The notes under the pieces are model-generated. The model was not told the DNA's origin, did not search any database, and saw only the letters and a program-made list of their open reading frames with translations. From Camelus ferus (lineage: Eukaryota), in contig NC_045697.1 in assembly GCF_009834535.1 (NCBI RefSeq), forward strand, positions 97,032,001-97,096,000: a stretch of DNA of 64,000 bases, read 5' to 3'. The translations under genes were made by a program, and so were the position numbers. Shown one piece after another: positions 27,151 to 40,897 of the stretch (position 1 is the stretch's first letter; every line of letters starts with the position of its first letter).

Positions 27151-29391
27151 GAAGCAGACCTGTATGCTGTTTAGCTGTGGAAAAGCATCTTTACTGTTCT
27201 ATTCTTGAGCAGATTTCAAAGCCAGCTGAGGACCTACTAGATAATTTTTAAACAAGGTTTCAGAAATTTGTTTTGCCATTCTCAGATGAAACTGATTTAA
27301 AAATAAGAGCTTACACTAATACGTATAAATAAAATTCGACCATGCATTTAAAAATGCCTATGATAAATTCATTCCCTAAAAATATATTTGAGGAGAGATT
27401 TCTAAATTTTGTAATTTAGAAATTATAAAAAGAAAAACATAATCTGTCCAGTTTCTAAAAATTGCTGCAGAGTTGTCATAACATGAATGTGGATACCATT
27501 TTTATGTATTTACAATATATGGAAACGTTGAGACAGAATTCATGCAATACCTACATAAATTTTCCTGAAAATATGCTAACATTTTAAAAGGAATGAAATC
27601 AAATGAAAAGGTAGATAGTCTGTATTTCAATAATCTTTTCCATAAAAATGAACTCTACCACTGCATTCCTGCAGAGCCAGAATTTGAGACTCTGTATGTG
27701 AATCCATATTCTTCTTTATTCTGATGTCCATTATCTGGCACCACAGTGTAACTTAAATATCTCTGGGCCAATTTGAGTAAAATATACCTAATGAACTCCA
27801 CAAATTCTTTCAAAAGATAGAACTCTGAATAATGCTTTATATTTTACCTCTGTCGAAAGGTATTTAAGTAGGTGGCAATCAATCATCAGTCTACAATGTT
27901 AGTCCTATTTGTTTGATTTTGTTTTTGTTCTTACTCTTCCATCCTTTGAAATCTAATTTTTAAATAACCCATTTAGACATCTCTGATATTAATATTTCTC
28001 CCAGAAAATATGATTTTCTTTGCAGGCAAATTGGATTTCCAATGGTATTATTAATCTTTATACTATTTCCCAGTCTTCTGGCTCTCATTTCTTTCTTTAA
28101 TTTATAAACACTTGCATTTTTCTATGTCCTTCACATACTAAAATAGTTTCTATTATAGATCATGAGCATTACTAAGGAAACGCAAATGGCAGTTAGCTGT
28201 AACCTTGCAATCTTTATATATACACACTCACAAAGAAATTTAAACAAATTCTTAAGTTTACTACAGAAAATTAATAATTTGAAAAGACTATCTACATCCC
28301 CTACCTCACCCACACATACACACAAATTATCCTGGTTAAAATGCCCCAGGCTTTTAAATTTTCTAATGAAAATGAACAGGAGCAAGAGATAGGGGTTGGA
28401 GAGGGGTTAGTAAATAGCCAATAGATGTTTAGAGAGATGACTGGATAGATAAAATAAAAATAATTACATGTATTTTTTATTTGTCTTTGTATGTATCCAC
28501 CCCATTTTCTTCTGTGTTTGAGATGACAGACATTTTTCAAAAATAGCTTTCATTTTATTTTCAATTGTGGCATATATGAATGACAACATTAGAACACAAC
28601 ACACATCAGTGTTCCATGGATTTTGATAAGTATCTGTCCTCAATTGTCACAATAAATTAAAGAAGTAGAGCAAATAATGCACATTTATATGTTTTGAGAT
28701 TTTAAGCAATTTTTAGCAATTTAGCAACTAAATAATTTTATAAATACACAAGAAACAGACCACTAAAAAATCTCAATAACTGTTTCATTATAACCAAATT
28801 ATGGTATATATTTTTTTTTTCAAATATGAAACTTTTATATAAAATCAACAAATGCTGAACTAGTCAGGTTTTTTGGCCTGCTTTTTAAATTTCTCAGTAA
28901 TTGCTTTTTTCCTCCTCTTAACAATTGCTGGCACAAAAATGTAGCATTTTCTTAACTTCAAACCCAGCTTCCCATAGGGAAGGGATAAGTCATAGTCAAT
29001 CCCCCACTCTACTCTTACTTCTCTTAGTGAAAAAGAAGAAAGCCCATGATATGTCTTTAGTGCGACATGCTAATGTATGTTAAAATTAGAGTGTATGCTT
29101 GCAAAGGAAGTCGTGGCATGGAATAGATACTGTAAATTAACTTTATTTACATACACTAGTCATCAGTAACAGCAGTATACAGTTACTGAGTTAAGGAATT
29201 ATGGGTCATATACATTCTTTGGATATTATAAGTCATAAAGGAAGCTCAAGACAGCCTAACAAATAGCACTATCTTGATGGATCAACACAACTTGATGTGT
29301 GGTCCAGATTTCAGGTTCAAAACTTTTTTCCACAATGAGGTCTTGAAGAATTATTCTGGCTAAACCTCTAGCTGCAAGAAGACTTATACTA

Positions 29392-29709
29392 CTCAGTGTT
29401 GTAGCCAGTAACCACACTGGGCACTTTCATTGTGGCGAGTTCAAACTGGCATGCGCTGTAAGTGTGAAGTAACACAAGAGAATCTGAAGACAGTATGAAA
29501 CAAGAAGAATGTAAAATATATCATTAATAACTTTATATCAATTAAGTGTTGAACTGATAATACATATTTTGGATTTACTGGGTTAAGTAAAATTGTCAAA
29601 ATTAATTTTATGTTTCTTTTTACTTTTTTATTGCAGCTGCTAGAAAATTTAAAATTACATATATAGCTCATATTTGGGGCTAGAATTGCATTTCAATTAG
29701 ATAGTGCTG
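29392..29709. mobile_element. MER33-like hAT-Charlie MITE
   Basis: gtagccagtaaccaca..., aagaatgtaaaatatatcattaataa, gctagaaaatttaaaattacatat and terminal tagatagtgctg. Confidence 0.85.
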
Positions 29710-29822
29710 GTTTAGACCATAAGTCCTCTGAACAGAGGGGCCATTCCTGTCTTGTATTAAATTGTATTCTTAGTACCTACTGTGAATGATCAATAAATGT
29801 GTTGAATGAATTATTAATGAAT
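29710..29822 (+). mobile_element. L2 3' end
   Basis: tagaccataagtcctctga...tcaataaatgtgttgaatgaat tail. Confidence 0.75.
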
Positions 29823-30103
29823 ACCAGAGTCTTAAAATCAGGGTACCCTCTTCCCTGAATATGGCTAAAGACACCCTGAAAAACCTTTGCTCTCTTACTT
29901 CTTTGCTTTTTAAATTTCAAACTGACCATTACCCTTCTGTTTACTTTATCATCAATCAGGTTTTCCTTAATAATCCACTGTTTTCCACTTTCAGGTATGT
30001 TAATATATAAACACCTCCTTCCTTTAAGCCCCAGTCCCTCGAATGGCTTAAAGTTCCAGTCTCCTTAGACAATTAATTGCATTTTCTGCCATAGGGTGCT
30101 ATG

Positions 30104-30340
30104 CTGTATAGTTCCTTGTCAACTCAGCACCATCCTTAGCCTCTTCAAAGGTAAAAGAACTACATTTCCCAGAATCTCTTTTTTGTATAGTTTCAGGTCC
30201 CAGGTTGGAATCTGTCACTGAGAAGCACTTGCTCAAGATTTATAAGGCAGAAAAGGCTTAGACCATTATTCTCCCAAGTCAGTTATAGGGAGATGCATGG
30301 GCAGATGAAAGTTCATAGCTGCTTTAGGTAAACTTCTCTT
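30104..30340. mobile_element. LTR33/LTR41-like ERVL LTR fragment
   Basis: aactacatttcccagaatctc motif and gagaagcacttgctcaagattt. Confidence 0.6.
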
Positions 30341-30689
30341 TAAGGAAAAAAAGAAATAAAACTTATAAGTAAAATTCCTAGAGCCACTCCCACAGTCTTA
30401 GAAAGGACCTATGCAAGGGAGCAGCCCCAACATTTACCCTTTGTTAGCCTCAATGTCAGCCCATCCCTGCATCAGCTATCTCAACCAGCAACACAGATGC
30501 AGAAGCTCCTCAAGAAGTTTACCTGATGTATTTATTTTAGATGATTTTAAACTCCTTCCAGACATTCATTACATCACCAATATTAATCAGCTGAGCAGGT
30601 AAGAACATCTCAAGTATAGGAATACACAAATGCACACACTTTTTCATATACTGACAAAATCAAAGCAGAAGAAAATAAATCTGCCATGA

Positions 30690-32150
30690 AATCCCATCAC
30701 TTTATATACCCATCTCCCATCTTTATATACCCACATACTTCTGATCACCCTTCTGTTGATGTGAATCAACTCTGCGCTCTTAATACTCCCCTTTCCTCCA
30801 GATTCCATCCTTCCTTGCCTGCTAAAGAACACTGGAACAGTGATTCATGCTTCTTTGTGTTGTTTCAACTTTTCACCTATTAGTAATTTTCATGAATATT
30901 CAAACATGTCATCATTTCTCTTATATGTTAAGAAAAAAACCACTTCTCTTGACCTGACTTTCTCTTTCCCCTTTATGGCAACTTGCTATAAAGTGTTACT
31001 CATACTCACAGTCTCTAATTGCCTTTTCTCCTATTTTCCTTTGAGACCATTGTAATAGCTTCAGTTAACCATACTTCCACCAAAAATTCTTTGTGCGTAT
31101 GTGTGTAATACTTTTACAAATCGTCAGAGACTACAAAAATTGCTAAGTCTAAGAGTCTGTTTTCTGTCAGCAACCTACTTGCTGTGTAAGCATTCTCTAA
31201 CCTTCTCCTTAACTGTTGTTGATTTCTTCTGACCACAGCACTGTCCTAGGTCTCCTCTGTTATCGCCAGTCACTCCTTTTTGGTCTCCTTGGCTGGTTCT
31301 TTCCTAACAGTTAATATTGGAATGTTCCAGATTTCAATTTCTCTCTTTCTCTCTGTTTATTTGTTTGTTTGTTTTTATATGAACTGCCTCCTTGAGTGAT
31401 CTCATCCAGTTCCAGGGCTTTAAATAGAATTTCTATGCAGACAACTTCAAAATTTATAACTTCACATATTTTCCCCTCAACTCCAGCCACATACATTTAA
31501 AAGCCAGCCTTCTATACCTACATACCTTCATAGTTAACTAACAGGCAAATTAAACTTAACATGTTCAAATCTGAATCTTTACCAGAGGCAACCTCCCCTC
31601 ACAGCTTTCCCCCTTACACAAATGGCAATTTCATTCTTCTAATTGATTAAGCCAAAATCCTTGAATTTATCTTTGATACTTCTATTTTTTCCACACCCCA
31701 TATCAAATCTATCTGCAAGTCTTTCAGAACCAACAAGAATCAAATCACTTACGATCACTTCTACTACTAAAAGCCACCATCATCTCTCATCTGGATTACT
31801 GCCATATTTTGAAGCAATATCCTAATTGGTCCACAATTTACTCTCATCAAAGTGTTCATAATCTATAATGATTTGGAGAAACTATAATTTAATGCATGTC
31901 ATATACCTACTCAAAACTCACTGTCTTCCTATGTGACTTAATAAAGCCAAATGATTTTACAATGCTCTAAAGCTTACAAAAACTGAATCCCAGTTACCTT
32001 TTTGACCTCATCTCCTACTAATGTCTACTTGACTATGTTTCTCCAGTCATAGGGCCTCCTTTCTTGAGCTGACTAGGCATGTTCCCCTGGAGAACTGGAT
32101 GGTTCACTTACATCCTCTTTTTGAATATCCACCTTTACAGTCTGACCTTC
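30690..32150 (+). mobile_element. L2 ORF2/3' remnant
   Basis: Pyrimidine-rich tract with gtgatctcatccagttccagggctttaaata, aaacttaacatgttcaaatctgaa and ccaccatcatctctcatctggattactgc. Confidence 0.85.
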
Positions 32151-34469
32151 TTAATGTGTACTATTCCATTGCTTTACTGAGAATCAGAACTTAAAATTCC
32201 TTCAAATCTATGGCATAATGAACACAATAAAAATGATACATGGTATTGTAAGAGGTTTTATACAATTAGAATTCAAAAAGAAAACAAAATTCTGTAAATG
32301 TAGCCTTTCACAAATACTGATGAAAATAAAATTTGAATGTTAGATACTCAGTGTGTGAGGGGGAAGGAAGCATACAGATTAATAATTGATGGGCATAATT
32401 TTGTGTTTCAAATATACTTTCTATTGTCACCATATAATGCTGAAAAACTTGTCCAACTGTCAGATCAATTCCCAGAATTCTAGAGTTTAGGAGACAGACT
32501 CTCTTTCTCCCTTTAGTAATAAATCTACCTTGTCCTTATAAAAAATAATGTTAATAAGTGACTAGCACTGAGAAAAAGAAAAAAACAAAACAAAACTCCT
32601 GCTATTGGGGATAGGCAACAGAATTGATGAAAGGATAATAAAGGCCAAGAACCACTGACAAGTACAATAAACCTTAAGTCCTGTTAATACTGTGCTTCCT
32701 GAGTGTTTATTCCTATCAACAGAATAAAGCACACATGTACAAATAATGAGAATCATTCAGTCAAACTGAGACACGCAGTATGAATAATTCTTTAGTTAGA
32801 AAGAAAAGCCACTTTAAAATATTTTTGACTACACAAATTAGTTGAGACTTGAGGCTTGTAGGAAAACAATGGTATAATTTTCTAAGTATAGCTAATAAAA
32901 GAAAGGATTAAGAATTACAAATGGTATGGTGAGCTTAGCAGATCTCCATATAAATTAACTGATTCATGGGTTGAATTTCAGAAGAAAACAGAGCATAATT
33001 ATTTCTGATTCACTATCCCCATGTTGCTTATTGAAGGTGGTGATGAGGGGGTTGGGGTGCTTGCTTTTGCAAGCATACATTAATGGAAGTGTAAAAAAGC
33101 TGCAATTTCCTCAAATATGGAAAGATTCTGACATTACATAATCAAAATCTGGTTTATGATGAAATAACCTAGGGTATTATGCATATAATTCTTAACTATT
33201 CTTAATAAAACAAACATATTTTGCATGTATTATAAAAACTTGGAAATGCAACTGTATATAATAAGTTTATAAAATCCTAAAGTTTTAAGGATGGAAAGAG
33301 CAGTAATACGGTAAATACTATATTTTATTCTCTCTCCAGGCATATTGCTTATTCAAGTAGATACATGTTTCAGGCTTCAAAAAATAAACACAGAGATACA
33401 GTAGAAATAAATGTTTTAATCTTAATAAATTATCAGATGCATTTTCACCTTTTTTTCTCCCTCTCATTTTCCCTTTATCTTTTACTATATTTTTATTATT
33501 TGAATTATTAACGTAAGCTTTTTCAGATACTGCCAAGTATAGGACAACTGATTTCAGAAATAAGAAAAGAAATAGCTTATTGCTCCCCAATGCTGGTTGG
33601 CATAAAAATATACTAATAATGTGTTTCTTAGTCCATCTCCCAGCTTATTTTTCCTCAAGTAACTAAATTAAGACCAGAGTATGTGTTATTTGAACAAACT
33701 GTGGAGTCAAATTTATTCTCAGGGGAAAAATAAATATCAGTAAATCCAACTATTTTTAAAAAGCCAAGATCCAAATAAAAAATGAAAGTAAACTATAAGG
33801 AACTGTTTTTCTCATATATACAATATCATTATTTGTTTGTTATGGATATAATTCTTGAAATTATACATCACAAATTTACAAAGACATTTTTTATAGGACT
33901 TAAGAGTCTGGGGAACGTTTTGCTTTTTAGGTTTGGCCTAGTCATAAATAGTGCTTGCTGAGCAAGTCAAGAGCAATAGTCAACTACATGAAAATGAACA
34001 CCAAATTACCTGCAGTAATACACAGTCACAGTCAAGGGAAATAGATGTTCTGTCTTTTTTCTATATTGTAAATGTATACAGGAGACTAATGAAAATGCAA
34101 AACTAAGACATACCTTTACATTAGTATAGAATATTGAACTACAATTGAGATCTAAAACCATGGGACATAAGAAAGTAGGTAAGATATTTTTGAACACTCA
34201 CGTCATTTATTTGAACTGGAAACTTAACTGAAGGAAAATCATCAAGCAATTCATATCCAAAGTTTTATAATTTTTATTAAATCTAAGCAGCAAACAAATT
34301 GTTGAGTATCTATTATACGCAAAGTCTGTATACATTTTAACAATCAATGTATGTCCTTGATTATTTATCCCAAAATGATTAGACACGTGTATAGTCATGA
34401 AATTTAGATCAAAAAAGAGCTACAGGAAAATAGTAAACAAGTCATTATGAAAAAATAAAGAAGAAATTC

Positions 34470-37395
34470 ATTTTTTGGTTTTTTTTTAATTTATTTCATT
34501 TTTTTAAATTGAAGTATAGGCAGTTTACAATGTTTTGTCAATTTCTGGTGTACATTATAATGTTTCAGTCATCTGCATACATATATTCATTTTCATATTC
34601 TTTTTCATTGTATGTTACTATATTGACTATAGTTCCCTGTGCTATACAGAAGAAACTTGTTGTTTATCTATTTTATACACAGTAATTAGTACATGCAAAT
34701 CTCAAAAATCCAATTTATCCCTCCCCACTCCTTTCCCCACTTGTAACCGTAAGTTTGTTTTCTATGTCTATGGTCTATTTCGGTTTTGTAAATAAGTTCA
34801 TTGGTGTCTTTTCCTTTTTTTTAATTCCACATATGAATGATATCATATGGTATTTTAGTTTCTCTTTCTGGCTTACTTCACTTAAATGACAATCTCCAGG
34901 TCCATCCATGTTGCTACAAATGGCATTATTTTATTCCTTTTATTGGCTGAGTAGTATTCCGTGTAAATATATCACAGCTTCCTTATCCAGTCATCTGCTG
35001 ATGGACATTTAGGTTGTTTCCATGTCTTGGCTATTGTAAAGAACACTGCTATGAACACTGGGGTGTATGCATCTTTTTGAATTAGAGTGTCCTCTGGATA
35101 TATGCTCAGGAGTGGAATTGGTGGATCAGATGGTAAGTCTATATTTAGTTTTTTGAGGAATAGCCATACAGTTTTCCATAATGGCTGCACCAACTACATG
35201 TCCACCAACAGTGTAGGAGGGTTCCCTTTTCTCCATACCCTCTCTAGTACTTACCATTTGTGGACTTTTGAATGATGGTCATTCTGAGTGCTATAAGGTG
35301 ATACCTCATTGTAGTTTTGATTTGCATTTCTCTGATAGTGATATTGAGCATTTTTCATGTGCCCATTGGCCATTTGCTTGTCTTTACTGGAGAATTGCTT
35401 GTTTAACTCTTCTGTCCATTATTGGATTGAATTTTTTTTTATTATTATTAAGTTGTATGAACTGTTTACATATTCTGGAAATTAAGCCATTGTCAATTGT
35501 ATAATTTGCATATGTTTTCTCCCATTCTGTAGGCTGTCTTTTTGTTTTGCTATGGTTTCCTTTGCTGTGCAAAAGCTGGTAAGTTTAATTAGATCCCATT
35601 TGTTTATCTTTGCTTTTATTTCCATTGCCTGCATAGACTGCCCTAGGGGAACATTGCTAAGATTTATGTCAGAGAATGATTCGCCTAAGTTTCCTTTAGG
35701 AGATTTATAGTGCCTTGTCTTATGTTTAAGTCTTCAAGCCATTTTCAGTTTATTTTTGTGTATCATGTGAGGGAGTGTTCTAACTTCATTGATTTACATG
35801 CAGCTGTCCAGTTTTCCCAGCACCACTTGCTGATGAGATTTTCTTTTCTCCATTGTATAATCTTGTCTTCTTTGTCAAAGATTAATTGACTACAAATCTG
35901 TGGGCTTATTTCTAGGCTCTCTATTCTGTTTCACTGATCCATATGTCTGTTTTTGTGCCAATACCATGCTGTTCTGATTACTGTAAGCTCTGTAGTATTG
36001 TCCGAAGTCTGGGAGGGTTATTCCCCAGCATTGTTCTTTTTCTTCAGTATTGCTTTAAAAATTTTGGGTCATCTGTGATTCCATGTAAATTTTAGGATTA
36101 TCTGTTCTACTTCTGTGAAAAATGTCCCTGGGCAACTTGTTATGAATCACATGAAAACTGTAGATTGCTTGGTGTAGTATGGCCATTTTAACAATATTAA
36201 TTCTTCCAACCCAAAAACATGGGATATCTTTTTATTTCTTTAAGTCATCTTTAATTTCCTTAGTCAATGCTTTGTAGTTCTCTGCATGTAAGTCTTTCAC
36301 TTCTTCGGTCAGATTTATTTGTAAGTATTTTATTTTTTGGATGCAATTTTAAAAGAGATTGTTTCTTTACTTCCCTTTTCTGATATTTCATTGTTAATGT
36401 AAAGAAATGCAACTGATTTATGTATGTTAATCTTGTATCCTGCTACCTTGCATAATTCTTTCCTCAGCTCTATTAGTTTTTTTGTGGAGCCCTTAGGGTT
36501 TTCTATCTATAGTATCATGTCACTTGCATATAGTGACAATTTTACCTCTTCTCTTCCAATTTGGATCTCTATTATTTCTTTTTCTTATCTGGTTTCTATG
36601 GCTAGGACTTCCAATATGATGTTGAAAAAAAAATGGTCAGAATGGGTATCCTTGTCTTGCTCCAGATTTTAGCAGGAAAGCTTTCAACTTTACACTGTTG
36701 AGTATTATGTTGGCTGTGGTGTTGTCATAAATAACTTTAATAAGATGTGTTCTCTCTATACTCACTTTGGTAAGAGTTTTTTATCATATATGGGTGTTGA
36801 ATTTTAACAAATTCTTTTTCTTCATCTATTGAGATGATCATTCTTTTGTTGATGTGGTGTATCACATTGATTTGTATATGTTGAAACATATTTATGACCT
36901 TGGGATGATTCCAACTTGATCATAGTGTATGAATTTTTTTAATATGTTGTTGCATTCTCTTTGCTAATATTTTATTGAGGATTTTTGCATCTTGTTCATC
37001 AGTGATATTGACCTGTAATTTTCTTTTGCGGTGGCGTCTTTACCTGGTTTTTGTATCAGTGATAGTGGCTTAATAGAATGAGTTCAGGAGTACTCTCTCC
37101 TATTCAAATTTCTGGAAAAGTTTGAGAAGGATTGGTATGAATTCTTTTTTGTATGCTTGGTAGAATTCCCCAGGGAAGCCATCTGGTCCTGGACTTTCGT
37201 TTTCAGGGAGGTTTTTTATTGCTGATTCTACTTCACTTCCAGTGATTGGTCTGTCCAAATGATCTATTTCTTCTTGATTCAGTTTTGGCAGACTGTATGT
37301 TTCTAGAAACTTGTCCATTTCTTCTAGATTGTCCAATTTGTTGGCATATAGTTGTTCATGGTATTCTCTTATGGTTTTTTGTGTCAGTTGTAATT
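34470..37395 (-). mobile_element. 5'-truncated lineage-specific L1 (RT to 3' UTR), same strand as the candidate gene
   Basis: T-rich tail at 34470-34505. Minus-strand ORFs MVQPLWKTVW... and ...[23 protein letters not shown]...[13 protein letters not shown]. Confidence 0.95.
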
Positions 37396-37860
37396 TCAGT
37401 ATGGAGGTTTTTAAAAAAATTAAAAACAGAATTACCATACTATCTAGCAATTCCATTCCTGGGTATTTATCTCAAGAAAACAAGAACACTAACTGAAAAA
37501 GATAAATGAACCCCAATGTTCACTGCAACATTATTCACAATAGCCAAGATACAGAAACAACCTAAGTGTCCATCAATGGATGAATGGATAAAGAAGCTGT
37601 GGTGTGTATATATATAATTACATTACATTTGCAACAGCATGAATGGACCCTGAGGTCATTATTTTCAGCAAAGTAAGTCTGACACAGAAAGATCATATGA
37701 TCACTCTTATATGTGTAATCTTAAAAAAACAAAAACAAAAACAAGCTCACAGATACAGAGAACAGATTGGTGGTTACCAGAAGTGGGGTGAGAGGTGGGG
37801 AAAATGGGTGAATTGCTTTGTTTTTGTCTCATTTCAGTACATTTAATTTTTTTTAAGTAT
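37396..37860 (+). mobile_element. L1-derived 3' end of a different subfamily
   Basis: cagtatggaggtttttaaaaaaattaaaaacagaattacc...aagctcacagatacagagaacagattggtggttaccaga. Confidence 0.85.
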
Positions 37861-39554
37861 AGTTTGATACTTTCAGCTACAACATGCAATTAAAAACTCA
37901 AATCTTTCTTATTTTTAATTTTATTTTTCTCATAAGACCTAAGGAAACAAAGGATCTTTCCTTATACTTTTTTTCTAAAAACATTATTTTCTCTTACTGA
38001 ATGAATGAGAAGTCAATAAATTATCTACTTACTTTGACTAAAGGGCATGCATTTTTCAGACACTTGTCAAGTGTGTAGGATATTTTTCTGCATGAAAGTT
38101 CTTTTCTCATCTCTAGTTTAAAACAGGAGGAAATGACTGATGGCTTACAAAAAATAAAAAAGTTTCATTTATTTATTGAGTCACTAAATCTAATTAGGTC
38201 TATTATTCTTGAAAACACTACGGTACCTCACAAAACCAGAAAGACTGATTCACACAAATTCCACACTTGAATAGCTTATTTTATTGCAACAGAACTCAAA
38301 GTACTGCCTTGCTTAAGAAGCTGTCAGAATTTCTATTCATTAAAACATTAAAAAAAAAAAAATGAAGCAATTGCACTGGGTACAAAAAAGAGGAAAGGAA
38401 TTAGTTTCCCATGAATTTAGTTATAGTACTTGATTCTTCTCCTTCTTTATATGAAACTTAATTATTGAACATATACTACTGATACCCTTTCTCACACAAA
38501 TATTAATGACCCTCAAACTCCCTTTTTAATTCCAGACCCAACTGTCTGTTGGGTAGCCATACTTAAAAGTTCAATAGGCAAAAAAACACTCCAGATGGTC
38601 AAATTTAAATAATCGTATTTTTCACAATCTTAGACTTCTCTATTATATGCATTTCTATGCTTCAAACAGAAACAAAATTCAGTATTCTCTGTATAATGAC
38701 CTACTTAACCAATCAGAAACATATCATAAATGGCTCTTTCATCATCCTCATACTTTGAAAATGATCATTAATGTTGACATAAGGGAAGATTATTGGATAA
38801 TTCACAAAGAGAAAAAATAGTTAAAAGCATCATCTCCAAAGAAGCTCTTTAACCAATTATAAACAAGAAAAACAAACATGATCGTTCTCTAATTCCTATT
38901 TGATAGTCTGATCCAAAATATTTTATACCTTTTTGCTTTATAAAGTTAAGTTTTATTGAGAAATACACTGTGGAATCCTAGCCATTAGCATATAGTGAAG
39001 CAATTTTGATGAGCAAGAGACAATATATGAAAATCAAAAAGCAAAGAAAAAATTACTAGTATAAATAGGAAGAAAAAAACAAATAAAAAGAAATATTCTT
39101 CATTCTCCCTGAAGATTATCTACTACTGTTGCTTCTTGTGGGAACACAACATATATAAAATTGACATACAAAATATGGTAAATAATTATTCTTAGAAACA
39201 CGGGTTTCACAGGAAGGCCTAAATCATAAATTTCTAATAATGTGTAAAGAAATTAATTCTTGCCTCTTAATCTTTGCCCCCATTAAAGCTAAACTCAAAA
39301 ATGTGGTCTGATAGTCAAGATATATTACAAAAAATCATGTCTTTGTTATTATGATCTATAAACAAACTTAAAAATAAATATACATTACACCAATGCTTTC
39401 TGTTGTTACTGAGCATTACTCGCTTTTAAATTAGCTTTCTTATAGAAAGAAAATGGATCTAGTTTCTTAACTTTTATAGATAATACATTCTAAATGCCTA
39501 TCAGAGTAAAATATGAAAAATCTGGACAAAACATTTTTCAGTACTAAAAATAAT

Positions 39555-39722
39555 AATGTACTTATCTGATTCTAAGACTCACATTTCAGCATTTCTAAAC
39601 TCAGTGTACATCTTGAATTGATTTTTTTTTACTTTGAATTCAACACTGTGCATTCTTTGTAAAATACTTTTAAATGATAGCACATCTCACAATTCCTGGG
39701 TGTCTTAAAAATCTAGAAAATT
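39555..39722. mobile_element. Kanga1-like (TcMar-Tc2) short DNA transposon remnant
   Basis: Decayed inverted ends gattctaagactcac ... gggtgtcttaaaaatc. Confidence 0.55.
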
Positions 39723-39799
39723 CATATTATAAATTCCCTAAATAAATCTAACTTTTTAAACAATATATTCCTCATATCTTTCTATTATTTTATATATGT

Positions 39800-40130
39800 A
39801 CTTCATTTATTATTTTCTTTCACAATGGAACAACAACTAGTTTCAGAACAATGAATGTAATGAATCTTAAGATTCATCGCCTGAAGCATGATAATAACAT
39901 CTAGCTTTGCCTCAAAGGAATGAAGTTTATGAGATGTAAGCTTCTTATCACTTTCCCATTTTCCACTCATTTTATAAGTAATAACATAAAATGCAATAAA
40001 ATATTCAAATAATCGCACAAATGCTGCTGTACAATGATAGCTAGAAGGCAGCAGTACCATTTGATGATTCAGAATGATCATTCATCAACCGGAGTATAAC
40101 AGTCAGAATTTGGTATAAAAATAATAGATT
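39800..40130 (-). mobile_element. Possible ancient Tigger/pogo-like transposase 5' remnant
   Basis: Minus-strand MSGKWESDKKLTSHKLHSFEAKLDVI resembles the basic/helix start of a CENP-B-type HTH. Weak evidence. Confidence 0.35.
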
Positions 40131-40528
40131 AAGAGTGTTATGTTTAATCTATAGTGAAGTGTCATCTGTATAAAATTTAGCATATTGAAATGAATGTCAA
40201 TGCTTAAGATTTTATTCCAGTTCAACATTTTAATGCACTGGTTAAGGTTTCACGGTTAAATGGTAAATACATATTTAAAAAATGGAAAGCTTCTGGCATT
40301 TTGTTCGAATATTTGTTATATCACAAGATCCTTTTTTCAAGAGCCATGTTTTTTAATATGCACAGAACTCTGATTTGAGATTATTAGTGGCAAGTGTACA
40401 CAGAAAATATTTAACAAATGATATAGCACAGAGACCAACTATGTGCCAGCTGAATATGAGCTGATAACAGATGAGAAATAAATATCTGCCTCACTATTAA
40501 CTCTGAAAATAATGGTAATAGTGGCGTA

Positions 40529-40851
40529 TGCCGTAGACTGAATTTTTGTGTTACTCCCACATTCATACATTGGAACCTAATTCCCAGGTAATTGAATTTG
40601 GGGATGGGGACTTCAGGAGATACCCTTATGAATGGAATTACTGAACTTATAAAAGGGATCCCAGAGAGCTCCCCTACCCATTCCACCATGTGAAGACACA
40701 GCAAGAAGAAGGCCATTTAGGAATCTTTGAATCTATAAGTACCTTGATCTTGTACTCCCCAGCCTCCAGAACTGAGAAATAAATTCCTGTTTCTTATAAG
40801 CCACCCAGTCTATGGTTATTTTTGTTAGAGTAGCCAAAATGGACAAAGACA
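40529..40851 (+). mobile_element. MLT1A-type MaLR LTR (copy A)
   Basis: tgccgtagactgaat...cagcctccagaactgagaaataaat...aaagaca. 5-bp flanks gcgta / gcata. Confidence 0.92.
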
Positions 40852-40897
40852 GCATACATATTTATGCCTTTTTTTTTTTCTTCAGAAATTAATTCAC

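Noticed and set aside
27640..27790. Coding-looking minus-strand stretch
   Set aside because: Poor acceptor, short frames and no recognisable peptide.
34009..34084. Phase-compatible 76-nt minus-strand exon candidate (VSCIHLQYRKKTEHLFPLTVTVYYC)
   Set aside because: It ends in phase 2, which is incompatible with the terminal exon. It is AT-rich with an upstream AG in the tract, so probably chance.
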